Position numbers and translations under genes: made by a program. DNA of 63,097 nt, the filler included, from Chiloscyllium plagiosum (Eukaryota), in assembly GCF_004010195.1 (NCBI RefSeq). It is 4 parts of one record of this genome, joined end to end, with 100 filler letters (N's around TTAATTAATTAA, not from the genome) between each part and the next. Parts side by side here need not be neighbours in the genome. Positions count along the whole stretch, not along the records: positions 1 to 21,652 come from NC_057717.1; 3 more parts are not named here. The stretch is one strand, 5' to 3'. This document shows positions 1 to 12,239 of the stretch, piece after piece (positions within the stretch are counted from its first letter, which is position 1; each line of letters starts with the position of its first letter). The notes under the pieces are model-generated. The model was not told the origin of the DNA and did not search any database. It saw only the letters and a program-made list of their open reading frames with translations.

Positions 1-790
1 AACCCATAACCTCACCATTCGACCAGTAATTTTTGTCCCCATTGTTTCTTCCAAAGTGAATCACCTGACACTTGTCAGCATTAAACTCCATTTGCCACAG
101 CTCAGCCAAGCTCTGCAGATTTTCAGTTTCCCTCTGTAACCTGCGACATCGTGCAACAGTATCCACAGATCTGACTACCTTAGTGTTTGGGTCAAATTTA
201 ATCTCAAATCCTTCTACGCCCTCATGATAAACATCACTGGCCTAAATATAGATCCTTGCGATACACCTCTGGTAATTGAATAACAGGATGAACATTTCCC
301 ATTAACCACTACCCTCTGTTTTCTTTCAGCCAGCCAAATTCTGATAGAAACCGCTGAATCACTCTTAATCCCCTGCCTCTGCATTATGTGCAAGAGCCTA
401 CCGTGGGGAAATTTATCAAAGGCCTTACTGAAATCCACATACATTAAGTCATTCTGTTTCACCTTTTTGGTTATCTCAAAGAATTCAATAAGGTTTGTGA
501 GGCATGACTTACGCTTCACAGCACTTTGTTTAGTATCCTAATCAAACTTTTCCTTTCTCGGTGATTATAAATCATATTCCTGACAAACTTTACCAACACT
601 TTACGAACAATCGACGTAAGGCCCCCAGATCTGTAATTACGAAGGTTGCCCACTCCATTTCTTGAACAATGGGAGAACACTTGCTATCCTCCAGTCTTCT
701 TTTTCCTATTCCTGTACATAACAAAGTGATGAAAACCATATGCTCTGCAATCTCCTCCCTGGCTCCCCAGAAAATCAAGGATTAAATTCC
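1..790 (-). mobile_element. CR1-type LINE ORF2 reverse-transcriptase fragment (degenerate)
   Basis: ORF 214..519(-) reads SCLTNLIEFFE...YVDFSKAFDKFPHGRLL...WLAERKQRVVVNG...GVSQGS, the typical CR1 RT motifs; flanking sequence continues the RT with frameshifts. Confidence 0.9.
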
Positions 791-1629
791 ATCCTTCACA
801 GGGAACTTAATTATTCTCAAACTTTCCAAAATGTGTTCGCTACTGCTAAACCTAATCTTTTGTGTATTCATTACAATATCGTTTGCAAATTATCACAATC
901 ATGTTCCCTTTGATATATTCATAACACAAAGTCACGATTGTCCAAACATACTACTTATCTTTGGATATAAGATTAACAGAACTGCTTGGGGTCGTAATCG
1001 TCCTAATCATTTGAAACCGACTGGGAAACACCTTCCAATATTTTGTGATGCTTTCATCCATAGCAGCCACATTAGCTCCATTTTGAACTGTATACTGCGC
1101 CCAAAAAAACATTCGAAGCATTACCTATGCACATTCTGTGGCAAAGGTCTCAACTGCCTCTCGTCATTCGTTGGGGGAAGGCATTTCTCCTCATTTTAGT
1201 CCTGCAGGTATATTTCGATTATGACCTCGCCTTGGCTTCTGAATGTTCTTTATCATTGAGAACATGCTTCCTGCTTTGTAACAGTGTGGTACTTCTTGAC
1301 CGTTTTATGGTTTTACATATGGGCCAGAATTCTAACTTCACTGTTCTGTTTTCACCTGTAAACTTTGGTCCCGCTCCTGACTTAAAAAAAACCTCCATCT
1401 CAGTCTGATCATCGGTCTGCGGTAAAGAAATTAATGGATTCATTAAACTTCCCGTAAGTAAATTCACCTTTAAATCTGCCTTAAATGAATGAACACATGT
1501 CTAGGGTATCAGTCTACCACGTTGTGCAGCCTTCGTTCTGTAGACAGACCCACAGTATCATGAGAGAAGAATGACAGAACTTGAATGAAGTGTCATTGGG
1601 GCAAATGTGTCAAAATTCCATAATGGTTG

Positions 1630-2000
1630 GGTTGAAGGTTTGAAGGAAAACTGCAAGTGTTGGTCTTCGCATGTCTCTGTTACCCTTAACCTTCTACAAG
1701 TTGTTGCGCATTGTCTTGTCTCTGGAAAGTCTTCAAGATCTAATATGAAAGTTTTGCATTGCAGCCATGAAACATTGGGGTAACTTTGCTTTGGTCATGC
1801 CGGGATAAGTTTCAGAGTGCATAGTTCACATGTGGATTGTGTGGGAGAATCTGGAAGGCTGCTTTGTCCTGGATGGTATCAAGCCTCTTAATTCTTGTTG
1901 CTGACGCACTCATGCGGGCAATTCGAGATTGTTCCATCGCTGTCCTGGCGTATGCTTTGGCAACGGTGGACAGGCAGGAGTGGTGAGTGTGGAAAGCGGA
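1630..2000 (-). mobile_element. Old LINE 3' fragment (same family as 12240-12520 and 25295-25965)
   Basis: Shares GGCTGCTTTGTCCTGGATGGTATCAAGC-like motifs with 25705-25740; the family assignment is from recall. Confidence 0.55.
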
Positions 2001-2259
2001 GCCAGACTTAAGTTTAATCGCAAGAACTTTTACTAATCTGGCATGTCCTGATCAGTTTCTCTTACTGTTGGTCCTGAACAGGAATTTGACGGGACGGCAT
2101 ATGGAGTACTGCATGAGGCTCTGATCTTGACAATGTAGCAAATGTGTGATTGCCGTCGAGAAGTTGTCGAGGAGATTCAATGGGATGTTGTCGAGGAAGT
2201 GGCAGTTTATCTCTGCAGAAATACGGGATTATCTAAGTTTGATTTCTCCACAGCAAAGG

Positions 2260-2600
2260 ATGTTGAGAGGGCACTGACAAATGGGTATAAAGCCTTGGAG
2301 GATTCGACACGTTGAATATGGAACAGCTGTATCCCTCAGTTGTAGTCTCAATAACAAGGGCACATTTTATTCATGTGAAAGGCGGGCGACGGATAGAGGA
2401 GATACGAGAATATCCCTTCAATTCTATGGGTACAAAGTGCACGGCCTATATTAGGGTTGAAGAATCACAGCCTTTATGAATATACTTGATTTGAAATGTC
2501 ATAAATTTCAAGGGTGTGGGCCGAGTGCATGAAAAAATGAGTCGTGTTGATGATGGCTCAGCGCCGACACGATGGGACGACTGGTCTCTTCTGTCACTAC
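2260..2600 (+). mobile_element. CR1 LINE 3' end fragment (highly degenerate)
   Basis: Resembles the CR1 ORF2 C-terminal region (LRGDLIEVYKI...LFP...TRGH) followed by a 3' UTR. Confidence 0.5.
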
Positions 2601-3336
2601 ATGTTTTAGTGAGGTATTGCCACTGTGGGAAGGGTGGTAGAGGCAACAATCCTCCCAACATTGACGATGATTTCAAATATGAGCTTGCAAAGCCAAGGCA
2701 TGCAAAATCACGGCGATAATGCAGGTGGATGCGTTGATAATTTGTTTGTGACCTATACAGAGCAGATTGGCCGAAGGTGCTTTTCTATGTCACAGTACTT
2801 TATGACAGTACGTCTTGTTGTTGGGACTGTACATACTGAGCGGAAGTAAAGTTGAATCCTTTTTGAAGTACCCAGTCAATTCCTTCAAGCTATCCAATGT
2901 AAGTACAAACGAAAATCAGCCTCTGTCTGCGAAGTCTTTGCACGCACACTCTGTGCTCTAACTTCCTGTGAATTCGCTGTAAGTATGGAACAACTTTTTG
3001 CACTGTCAATGCGTGCCCATTTTAAACCATAATTCTCCACATGAAGTCTCTATGCAGAGAGACAATGTCGTTGACTCACCCTGTGAGGTTTCTGCAAGTG
3101 CACATGTACTTGGATCGAAAGAGGTTAACTGAACATAGTCGTTCTGTGATGGTAAACAATTCTATTAAGGATGGTCCAATAAATGTGTGCATTCAGTATA
3201 TTTAATTAATGTGAGTTACAGAATTCCCTCATAATATCCCTGGGGTTTCTGCCTGACTGCCATAAATATGGACATCACTTCATTGGATCTCTCAGACTGA
3301 GTCAGAACCTATTTTGCAACGATCGAAGGATTGGTC

Positions 3337-3448
3337 ATGGACTTGATTGGTATTGTATCTTTTTTCGAAGAAGAGTTTGAAATAAGAGGAGCTTTTCAGG
3401 ATGTCGAAAAGATTTACTATCCCGTTCTCGCTGCTATCAGTGTCCCTC
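3337..3448 (+). CDS. Exon 1 of GPR139/GPR142-like orphan GPCR (N-terminus and start of TM1)
   Basis: ATG at 3337 in a good Kozak context (GTCATGG); encodes MDLIGIVSFFEEEFEIRGAFQDVEKIYYPVLAAISVP, then C|GTAAGT donor at 3449. The phase-1 intron joins in frame to the acceptor TTTTTTTACAACAG|4695. Confidence 0.85.
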
Positions 3449-4059
3449 GTAAGTATTCAGATCCCGTGTCCATTCTCTTGGTGAGGACCATCTCGTTACC
3501 TTTGTGCTTTGTAACTGAAAATACGATCAAACTGATATTAATATTTTTAAATGACGTTGTCTGCTTTGGAAACGGGTAACCTAAGTATGTAGCAACTGAA
3601 GTAGTCGCAGACGAACTGAAGGCCAGATAGTCTATGTTTGTTTGCAATTCCGGTTCGCAAAAAGTATGGACTTTAGACCAGTTACTCATGACGAGGACAT
3701 TTTGCCTACCCAGTACAGAATGATGAGTTGTCATATAACAGAAGAGCTTGGACGAGGTATAAGTTACAAAGAAAGAATTTGATCTCTCTAAACTCTGGTG
3801 CGGACTCGTTCTTCACTCCCGTTGAGACCTGTTTCAATCGGGAGAACGTGAGCACACTATTCCGTCAACATGTTCTGTGTACTGTGGCATGCAAGTGATC
3901 ATTTGGAGACATTTTGGATGTAAACAATACACCTCGTACTCTTTGCTAATCAGTCGAATTACTTGGAAATGAGAATCCACTTTCAGATCACACAAACCAA
4001 TTCAACAGAAAGAGTGGGCATAAGAAACTGGTCTTTCCTTTCAAGTTTTCCACACTGCT

Positions 4060-4062
4060 TGT

Positions 4063-4093
<31 letters not shown>

Positions 4094-4100
4094 AGTGTGT
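4060..4100. repeat. (GT)n microsatellite in the GPCR intron
   Basis: Direct reading: gtgtgtgtttgtgtgtgtgtgtgtgtgtgtgtgagtgtgt. Confidence 0.95.
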
Positions 4101-4694
4101 GGTGCGCTTGTGTGCATTGCATTTGGCAATGTATACATTTAACGTGTATGTATGTGACAGTAAATCTAAATTAAAGAAAGGGAGAAAGAGAAAGGAAAAG
4201 ACAGAATCAAGACATGTGTCATTGTGTGAACAGAAGGGAAGGAGAGCTCAAGATATTTGACACAAAGAGTAAGTACATTGCTTTGTGCTTCCATATCAAC
4301 ATCCATATTCACAGAATGAGAACAGAGTTAACTGAGGACAAAGACACACCGTGTGCTTTCACCTAATCAGAAATGCACTCTCGCACACTTTCAGTGACGG
4401 TTCCCAGAATTCTAATGTTGCACCCTGTCAGCATGTTGGATTCCTCAAGCTGCAATGATAATCCTAATTGCTTTCTGACTTTGCCCGTCTAGTCAGCAGA
4501 TGTTGCAGATTTCTAATACATAGTTGAAATAGCCTTGATTAGTTAGATGATAGCACTTTGTATTTATCGAACATTGCTGCTATTCTCCATTTATGGTGGA
4601 GAGAGAATATGTTGACGGAATGCGTACATGTGGGAGGAGTAAGTTAGATCCCTCATGCATTCCAGTGTGTAATATAGTGTTTTTTTTACAACAG

Positions 4695-5590
4695 TTATTG
4701 GCGTGACGATTGTGATCCTTTCCCTTGGAAACTGTGGCTTGTCAAGATGCATCACTCGCTACCTCGTGGCCATGCCAGTGGCAGATTTACTGGTTGTCAT
4801 TCTTAACCTAATATTGAGACATATTCCGATTCTTTATTCAGAACAATTTATTTTCCTGCAGTATATGGATGTGTGTAACATTCATGCTGCCCTGCTTTAT
4901 GCTGTCACTGACTGTTCTGTTTGGTTCACAGTTGCATTCACCTTCGATCGATTTGTAGCCATTTGTTTACCAAAGCTGAAAACTAAATATTGTTGTGTAA
5001 AAACTGCAGGTGCGATTCTCACCATGGTGACTGTGCTGAGTTGTTTAAAGAACACAACCTGGTACTTTATGTATCTCAAAGTGTATCGTCTTTTGAATGA
5101 CCGAGTGTTTTGTGGTATCGATCTGAGTGATGCTAATTTACAGTTATGGGCCGCAACTGAGGTTATTCACTACATTCTCACACCCGGTCTTCCATTTTTG
5201 CTGATTCTACTGTTCAATGTTTTCACTGTCAGACACATTTTGGTGAGCAGCAAAGCCCGAAGAAGACTCCGGGCTCACTCAAATAGGGAAAGATCAAGAG
5301 ATGTTGAGATGGAGAGTCGAAGGAAATCTATCATTTTATTGTTTGTTATTTCAGGCAATTTCATCCTATTGTGGGCAGTGTTTATGGTGACGTCTTTACT
5401 TGAGCGAATCGGTGATCTGGGTGCAGTGTATTATATACCTGCGTATGTTCAAGAAATAGGCTTCATGTTACAGCTCCTGAGTTGCTGCACAAATACTGGA
5501 ATTTACGCTGTGACCCAGGCTAAATTCAGAGAGCAGTTGAAGATTGTGGTGATCTTGCCTCTTGATCTTATTGTTGAACTGATGAAATGA
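4695..5590 (+). CDS. Exon 2 of GPR139/GPR142-like class A GPCR (TM1-TM7); spliced CDS join(3337..3448,4695..5590), 335 aa
   Basis: Open frame with hydrophobic TM segments and family motifs YLVAMPVADLL, TDCSVWFTVAFTFDRFVAIC, ESRRKSIILLF and LLSCCTNTGIYAVTQAKFREQL; TGA at 5588-5590. 112+896=1008 nt. Confidence 0.9.
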
Positions 5591-6029
5591 TGAGATACTG
5601 AACATTATCCAGCCTCAACATTTGTTCCTGGACTTCGATCTGTTCAATCCGCACTCCAGTATAGATCCTTCTACATGCACTCACACGCTGTGCTTACACT
5701 CACTGATACGCGAAGCCAGAGTCGAAAAATATTGCGCTGGCAAAGGACAACAGGTCAGGCAGCATTGCGAACGACCCTTTAACCGCTACCCTTGTGGCCT
5801 GTCTGGTGGTCAACTTTTCATCCATATAAGTATAAAACACGCAATCCTATTTATAGACGCAGTCGAACCCAAAGCCAAATCATGCTCCAGTTCAAGCATT
5901 AATCTCATCGATCACTTCCTCTTTTGGCCCTGCCAATGCTGACACATTTCCTCTCTCGATTCTGGAATAGAATTGTATCCCTACTGTTGGATGAGATGAA
6001 GTGAGATTGGCATCTGTAGTAGATCAGGG

Positions 6030-6190
6030 CCAAATGTGCGGTGGTGGAAAAGCACAGCAGGTCAGGCAGCATGCGAGAAGTAGGAGAGTCTACATTTGGG
6101 GTATATGAAGGGCTTTGGGTGATAGGACGTGTAATAATGAGATTTGGGTCGTCCACTGAGATGGATGGGGAGCTGACAAGCAGATTGGAA
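6030..6190 (-). mobile_element. Penelope-like terminal repeat fragment (a shorter copy lies at ~5715-5770)
   Basis: GGAAAAGCACAGCAGGTCAGGCAGCAT motif shared with the Penelope ends at 14850-14960 and 39982-40384. Confidence 0.6.
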
Positions 6191-6219
6191 ACAAAGAGTA
6201 GCAGTTAAAGGATCATTTC

Positions 6220-7500
6220 TGCGTGCCAATCAGTGACAAACGCGGTGTAACAGAAATCAATGTTTGAAACCTAGCTGTTTACAACAGTAAATAATGACTT
6301 ATATGCTGAACCACAAGTCAGTGAGGTAGAGATTTTGCAGTGTGATTTGACCAATTGGGCTGTTGAGCAAGTATGCGACTAACACATTGTGATGTCCAAT
6401 AATGTGGGCGGCACTGTGGCACAGTGGTTAGCACTGCTGCCTCGCCAGAGACCCGGGTTCAATTCCCGCCTCAGGCGACTGACTGTGTGGAGTTTGCACG
6501 TTCTCCCCGTGTCTGCGTGGGTTTCCTCCGGGTGCTCCGGTTTCCTCCCACAGTCCAAAGATGTGCAGGTCAGGTGAATTGGCCATGCTAAATTGCCCGT
6601 AGTGTTAGGTAAGGGGTAAATGTAGGGGTATCGGCGGGTTACGCTTCGGCGGGTCGGTGTGGACTTGTTGGGCCGAAGCGCCTGTTTCCACACTGTAAAG
6701 TAATCTAATCTAATCTAATGTGAAGTTATCCCCTTTGGGAGCAAAACGAGGTGGATTACCATCTGAACAGAGATACATTGGCTGGGAGTGGAGGTGCTAC
6801 GAGACTTGCGTATTCTCCGACAAACGTCACTGAAAGTAAGCCATGCAAACGTTGAAGAAGGCAAATGGTATGGTGACTGTCATGGTGATGCGATTCGAGT
6901 ACTGATTAAGGAATGTCCGGCTGTAATTGTACAAGGGTGTTGGTAAGATCACACCTGGAGCATTGTGTAAAATTTGAAACTATTTACCAGCGTAAGGACG
7001 CTTGGGCTATGAAGAGATTTCAGAAAAGAATGATTCTTAGGACGGCAGGTCAGAGACGTGAAAATATATTTGATTGTTTCGAGCTATATTTGATTGTTTC
7101 GAGCTATATTCATTGGGAGTTTCGGAGAATGACAGTGACAGGAGATGATGTAAGAGCGCACGAAATTTGAACAGGACCATGGAAGTTAACTGCAAGAAGG
7201 ACTGCTTGCTCTGACCTTTCGGGGGAAGGCGAGAGTGGGAGATGGTGGGTAGAAGAGATAAACCACCATCGAGGGCGACGGACGAACGACACATGCCACT
7301 ACGATAAGGAGAAATGTCTTCGCACACTGTGTTGGGTGGGGGGATGCACTTATCCAATTTTCTGCCACAGAGAGCGGACGATGAGAAAGTATGTAATATT
7401 TCCGAGCACAAGTTTGAAATAGTTCTTGGGACAAAGTGACCAAATGGTATGAGAGTGCAACCGGACATCTTGACCTGAAGGACGAACTATGATTCAATTG
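6220..7500 (+). mobile_element. Degenerate CR1 LINE 3' portion, interrupted by a SINE
   Basis: ORF 6913..7170 LVRSHLEHCVKF resembles CR1 LVRPHLEYCVQF; downstream sequence resembles the CR1 C-terminus and 3' UTR. Confidence 0.7.
6407..6715 (+). mobile_element. HE1-type tRNA-derived V-SINE, young and near full length, with 7-bp TSD
   Basis: A-box TGGCACAGTGG, B-box GGTTCAATTCC, V-domain GTGTGGAGTTTGCACGTTCTCCCCGTGTCTGCGTGGGTTTCCTCCGGGTGCTCCGGTTTCCTCCCACAGTCCAAAG, (TAATC)n tail; TAATGTG at both 6400-6406 and 6716-6722. Confidence 0.92.
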
Positions 7501-8169
7501 CATGGTGGAACAAGAGCGAGCCGCCGAAGTACCTCTCCTACTACTATTGCTGCGGCTTCAATATTTCCATGTTGACACCAGGGATTGATTTGAGTTTGGT
7601 ATCTGGGGAATAGTTTTCTTCTGTTTGTTGATTTCAGAGCGGGTGATGACACAAAATCGGGCAATGTCTCAGAACTGGGATTGGACATAGGGTGCGGAGT
7701 ATCCACTTCGGTGAATCTGAAGGCAAGATAGGCAGCTTTTGGTGTCGTTTGGTATGAGGTGATCTTTTGTTGCATGCCTGAGAGGGAGCAATGGTGACCT
7801 CAGGTCAGAGAGTGACAGCTCTGCTCAAGGTGGAAGTATGTCAGTGGCTTGTTGTTGTGCCCTGTTCATGGCATGGTGGATTCAGGTGGCATTTCAGGCA
7901 TGCTGACGACAGTCCACTCTGGGATTGCAGATTTCAGTGGTTTATGAAGGTTTTATTTTAAATTTCAAGACCCTCTATTTAGGCTCTTAAGTAGGGTATT
8001 AGTACACTGATTACCTCATGGAAATGATGAACATTAATTGTGTTAAGATTCTGATAACAGCTAAAATATTACATCACCAAGTCCGAAAAGCAAGGCCACC
8101 TCCCCTTGTGCTACCTCTCCTTGATGGTTTCTGGAATTGAGGAAGATTCATGGGGCAGTGTGTCAGTGA

Positions 8170-8965
8170 GTGAATCTCAAGGATCTGTGTTTGCCATCCA
8201 TGTCTGAACAGTGTGCCAGTGTTCAGGCAACTTCATCGTTCAGCTATGTTTCAGCTCCCTCATGACTGCTGGTGTACAACTTCCTGTTCCGCTTCATGCA
8301 GCAATTGACTGCTCTGCCTGGATCACCATCGTATTCACCTTCAAACAATTACTGGCTGTTTGTTGTCAGAAGGTGAACACTAAATACTGTACCAAAGAAA
8401 AACTACGAACTGTGTATTTTGGAGCAGTGGCTTCGCTAAGCATTTTAGAAAACATCACCTGGCATTTTATGTGTCTCAAAATCTATTATTTTCTGAATTA
8501 TTCTGTGTTTCGTTTGTCTAGAATTTAAATTAAGCTCATTTATGATAATGAACTGCATTTGAGTCATTTGCTGCTTTCGCATATTCTTTTTCCAAGTTGT
8601 CCCCAATTTGACACTCAACAATTTGATCATCAGACACATGCTAGAAAGAACCAGCGCGCTCTGGACACTTCGGGCTTACAGCAAAATGTAGGGCCCAAAG
8701 ACACTGAGGTGCAGAGCCGACGGAAATCTATGTTTTACTCTTTATTATTTCCGACAATTTCATCCAGTTTACGGTGACTTCAAAGCATGAGCGGGTGTAT
8801 AATCTAGGTTATTTGACTTCAGTACCCTTTGCATTAACTAGAAATGGACTTCATTCTCCAGCTGTTAAGTTGCTGCACAAACACTGGAATCTACGTGAAG
8901 TTCAGAGGACAACTGAAGAATGCGGTGATATGCCCCTTTAGAATAATCGCTCAATTATTTAAAGC
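8170..8965 (+). pseudogene. Decayed paralogue of the GPR139-like GPCR (exon 2)
   Basis: Fragments LHAAIDCSAWITIVFTFKQLLAVCCQKVNTKYC, DTEVQSRRKS and FILQLLSCCTNTGIY..KFRGQLK are colinear with 4695-5590 but broken by stops and frameshifts; DRF has become KQL. Confidence 0.85.
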
Positions 8966-10299
8966 GAAAGCTCCCACTATCAGAACAGAGTAGGGGATCA
9001 CGCAAACTACTATGACCTCATTCACAACCATAATATTGAACCTCTGTCAAACTCTCACTGTTAGAACATTAGCTTGTAGGAGGGATGTGATGTGTCAGAG
9101 CGCATCATGGCTGTGAATATCTCGTCAGGGCTGGAACTGATTTTAAAGTGGAACACAGGATGCTATACTGAAGTGTCGGATTGCAGAACTTGTAGTGAAT
9201 TTCAACTGTTCATCCAATAAAAGGTACACACTGATGCGACGGTGCATCAATGGTTATAGGATTTGAAAGGTTGCAAACGTGACACCAATTCTACTGTCTG
9301 ATATTGCTTTGCTCTGGGAGGTTCTTTAGAAGCTGTGCATTTGCTACATTTCTCTGCAATCAAATTGTAGACAAACCTCGCGGGTCGTGTTTAGGGGGCG
9401 TTAGTCACTACAGGATCCCCTGTCTCTCGTCTGAACGTGTGGCCACTGTATCCAATCGTCTGTCTATCTATCTTAACTTATTTTATATTACCTGACCTTC
9501 TCATACTTTACGTTACCTTATATTACCTCATCTTATCTATCTATCTAAAATGTACTGACAGCAATAGAGAACCTCTCAGTGTTCAAGAAACACAGAGTAG
9601 GTGTACATCAATTTTTAATGAAGAGTAGCTAGCGACTAGTTTGGTACTGCAGTGATTTGTACTTGTACCTCAGCGATTCACTGTCTATACAAATTATTTA
9701 TATGTCACAGTTTGTCGACGATAGAAAGCTGGTTGGGACAATTCAGACAAATTTCAGTGTGATTTGAACGTGTCGTGGGAATGGGCAACTGCATAGCAGT
9801 TGCAGTTCAGATCTTAAACAACATGAGGTTGGTGTCGTCTGAAGTCGCCAGCTGAAAGGGATACGGGCATAAACTGTCAATTGCAATCATAGCTGCAAAC
9901 TTTGTCTGGCAGAAAGGATACTGTAAAAATCTGGGGCGGCGGAATGGGATCTCATGAAACTCAGAAGAATTCTAAACTCTCAAGAACATTGTGTGGGGCT
10001 CCAAAGGGACGTTGACAATTTGAGGGAATTGGGCAGAGAGGCAGAATGATACTTTTCAAAACGCAGCAGAGTGACCTGATATGCGTTGTCCGTAGGTCAT
10101 TGAGAGACATTATAAAATAGTGTGTTACAAATCTACGGGAAGGCAGCAGCGGAGGGAGTTGGAGGTATATATGCACAGATCATTGAAGATATCGAGGAAT
10201 GTGGAAGGGGCATTAAGCAAAACTTATATTGCCGTAGGTTTTATTCTTGACTTGCAGAGTGTTCCAACAAGAAATGTGCTTTTGAACTTGTACAGGAGA

Positions 10300-10640
10300 T
10301 TTAAGATGGCATAACATTTCTTCTTCCTCAGGTTGCTTGAAAAATGCAATATCTCCATGAGAACCCTCATAAAAGTGTACTGATGAAACATGGAAAATGT
10401 TGTATCTCGTTGCACAATAACCGAGTACAGTGACTACTCTGCCAAGCACCGTTCGAAATTACAAAACGTTGAGTTCACAGCCCAGGCCATCGCGAACGCT
10501 AACCATTCAATCACAGACTCCATCTGAACTTCTCATTGCCGTAGAAAGGCAGCCAATGTGACCAAGGACCGCCCACTCTCTGGAAATCCTCTGTTGCAAC
10601 CTCTTTCGTCAGAAGCTTACACATCCCTGCAGGTCACCAC
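10300..10640 (+). mobile_element. Rex1/Babar-type LINE 3' fragment
   Basis: Decayed translation resembles KAxQRLFFLRxL...C(D/H)RxKLQxV...DSI.TSxC..KA...KD..LF.PLxS, the Rex1 RT C-terminus. Confidence 0.55.
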
Positions 10641-10689
10641 TGATCATCGACCGCCAGAGTGAATACTTTCTATTCACTACCACACGACA

Positions 10690-11700
10690 TATTCTTTCAG
10701 CTAGTCAATCCTGTATCTCGACAACTAAATTTCCCTTTATCACATATCCTAACTTTCTGAATGAGCTTCAGGCGAGGAATCTTATCAAATGTCTGACTGA
10801 AATCCATATACACCACATCCACTGACCGTTATTCATCAATGTGCTCGTCACAGCCTCAAAGAACTCAAGTCTTGTGAGGCATGACATGCCCCTCACAAGA
10901 CCATGCTGACTATCTTTAATCAAATTATGTTTTCCAAATATTTATGAATTCGGCCTATCAGAACACTTTGCAGTACGCTGCTTACCACAGTCGTCAGAAT
11001 GACTGGTCTGTAATTCCCAGGCATTTCCCTTTGCCATTTCTTGAAAGGAGGAGCAGCGTTTCCCTCCCTCCAATCACCTGGTACTATTCCTGTTCCACTC
11101 CGGAAAAGTCCAATCCCGTGCAGAGGGAGGATGGTAAAATCAGCGCCAGAGGTGCAGCAATGTCATTCCTTGTTCTCCATCGGTACCTTGGTCATATCGT
11201 GTCCAGTCCTGGTGACTTAACTGTCTTGATGTTTCCCTGAATTACCAATACATTCATTCTCTTGATATCAGTATATTCAAGACTGTTGCTGTGGACCACG
11301 TTGTTATCTCTGCCAACAAGGCCCCTTTCACTACTGCATACAGAAACAAAAACCTCATTTACGTCCTCCCCACCCATTCAGACTCATAGCACAATGTTCT
11401 TCCAATAACGCTGATCGACTCTACGCTCTCTTTGATCATTTGCTTATTCCTCACTTAAGTACAAAACGTTTTGGGTTTTCCTTAACCTTCCCACCAATGC
11501 TTTCTCGTGCCCCACCGAGCTCACTTCAGTTCCCTTTTGAGCTCTTTCCCAACAAACGTGGAATCCACGAAAGGTGTGTCAGATGCTTGCTTACACAAAC
11601 TTTAATAAGCTTCCTTCTTCCTCTTAACGAGAGCACCACTTCTTTTGTCGTCTAAGGCCCCTTCATGTTAACACTCACTGCCTGTCTCATTGGGACAACA
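10690..11700 (-). mobile_element. CR1 LINE ORF2 fragment
   Basis: The minus strand encodes VKSPGLDTI (KSPGPD) and SQHGLVRGMSCLT...VDVVYMDFSQTFDKIP. Confidence 0.85.
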
Positions 11701-11915
11701 TCAACCTCCTCTCTGACGTTCACCATTACTGCCACCTCCTTCTACCTTTCGCACTCTCAGCTCATTTCCCCCAAGCCCCACCCCTCCCATTTAACACACG
11801 GCACCCTCGGCTCAGAGCTTCATTCCTGATAAAGGACTTTTGCCCAAAATGTCGACTCTCCTGCATCTTGGATTCTGCCTGACCTGCTGTGCTATTCCAG
11901 CACATCACTCTCGAC
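11700..11915 (+). mobile_element. Penelope-like 3' terminal fragment with a degenerate hammerhead motif
   Basis: CATTCCTGATAAAGGACTTTTGCCCAAAATGTCGAC at 11821-11856 is a mutated copy of the motif at 40291-40326. Confidence 0.7.
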
Positions 11916-12239
11916 TGTGGAATGCATTGCCTGGCAATTCGTGTAGACAATTTAATAGAGCAAATTCTAGAGCAGAATTGTCTGGTTTTGAGACATGGCA
12001 TATAGCAACAGGTGGAAAACGCAACGGAATGTTATGGGAGGAAAGATTCATCGCAAATAAAATTGCTCGAATAGCTGAGGATTTAGCACACAGTTGGAGT
12101 AAGAAGTGTCATGCGATCGTAAATGGAACTGCAGACCAATGGCTGATTAATGGGGCTAGAGTTGAGAATAATGTGGACTCAGTCAACCGACGTTTTAAAC
12201 GTTGCACAAAATACTCACCTTGTCTTCCCAATACCCCAT

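Noticed and set aside
4703..4705. GTG start of the 295-aa ORF as the true initiation codon
   Set aside because: It lies 8 nt inside exon 2; the upstream exon supplies the ATG and the first half of TM1.
6407..6480. tRNA gene
   Set aside because: The A/B boxes belong to the SINE head; there is no complete cloverleaf and the V-domain follows directly.
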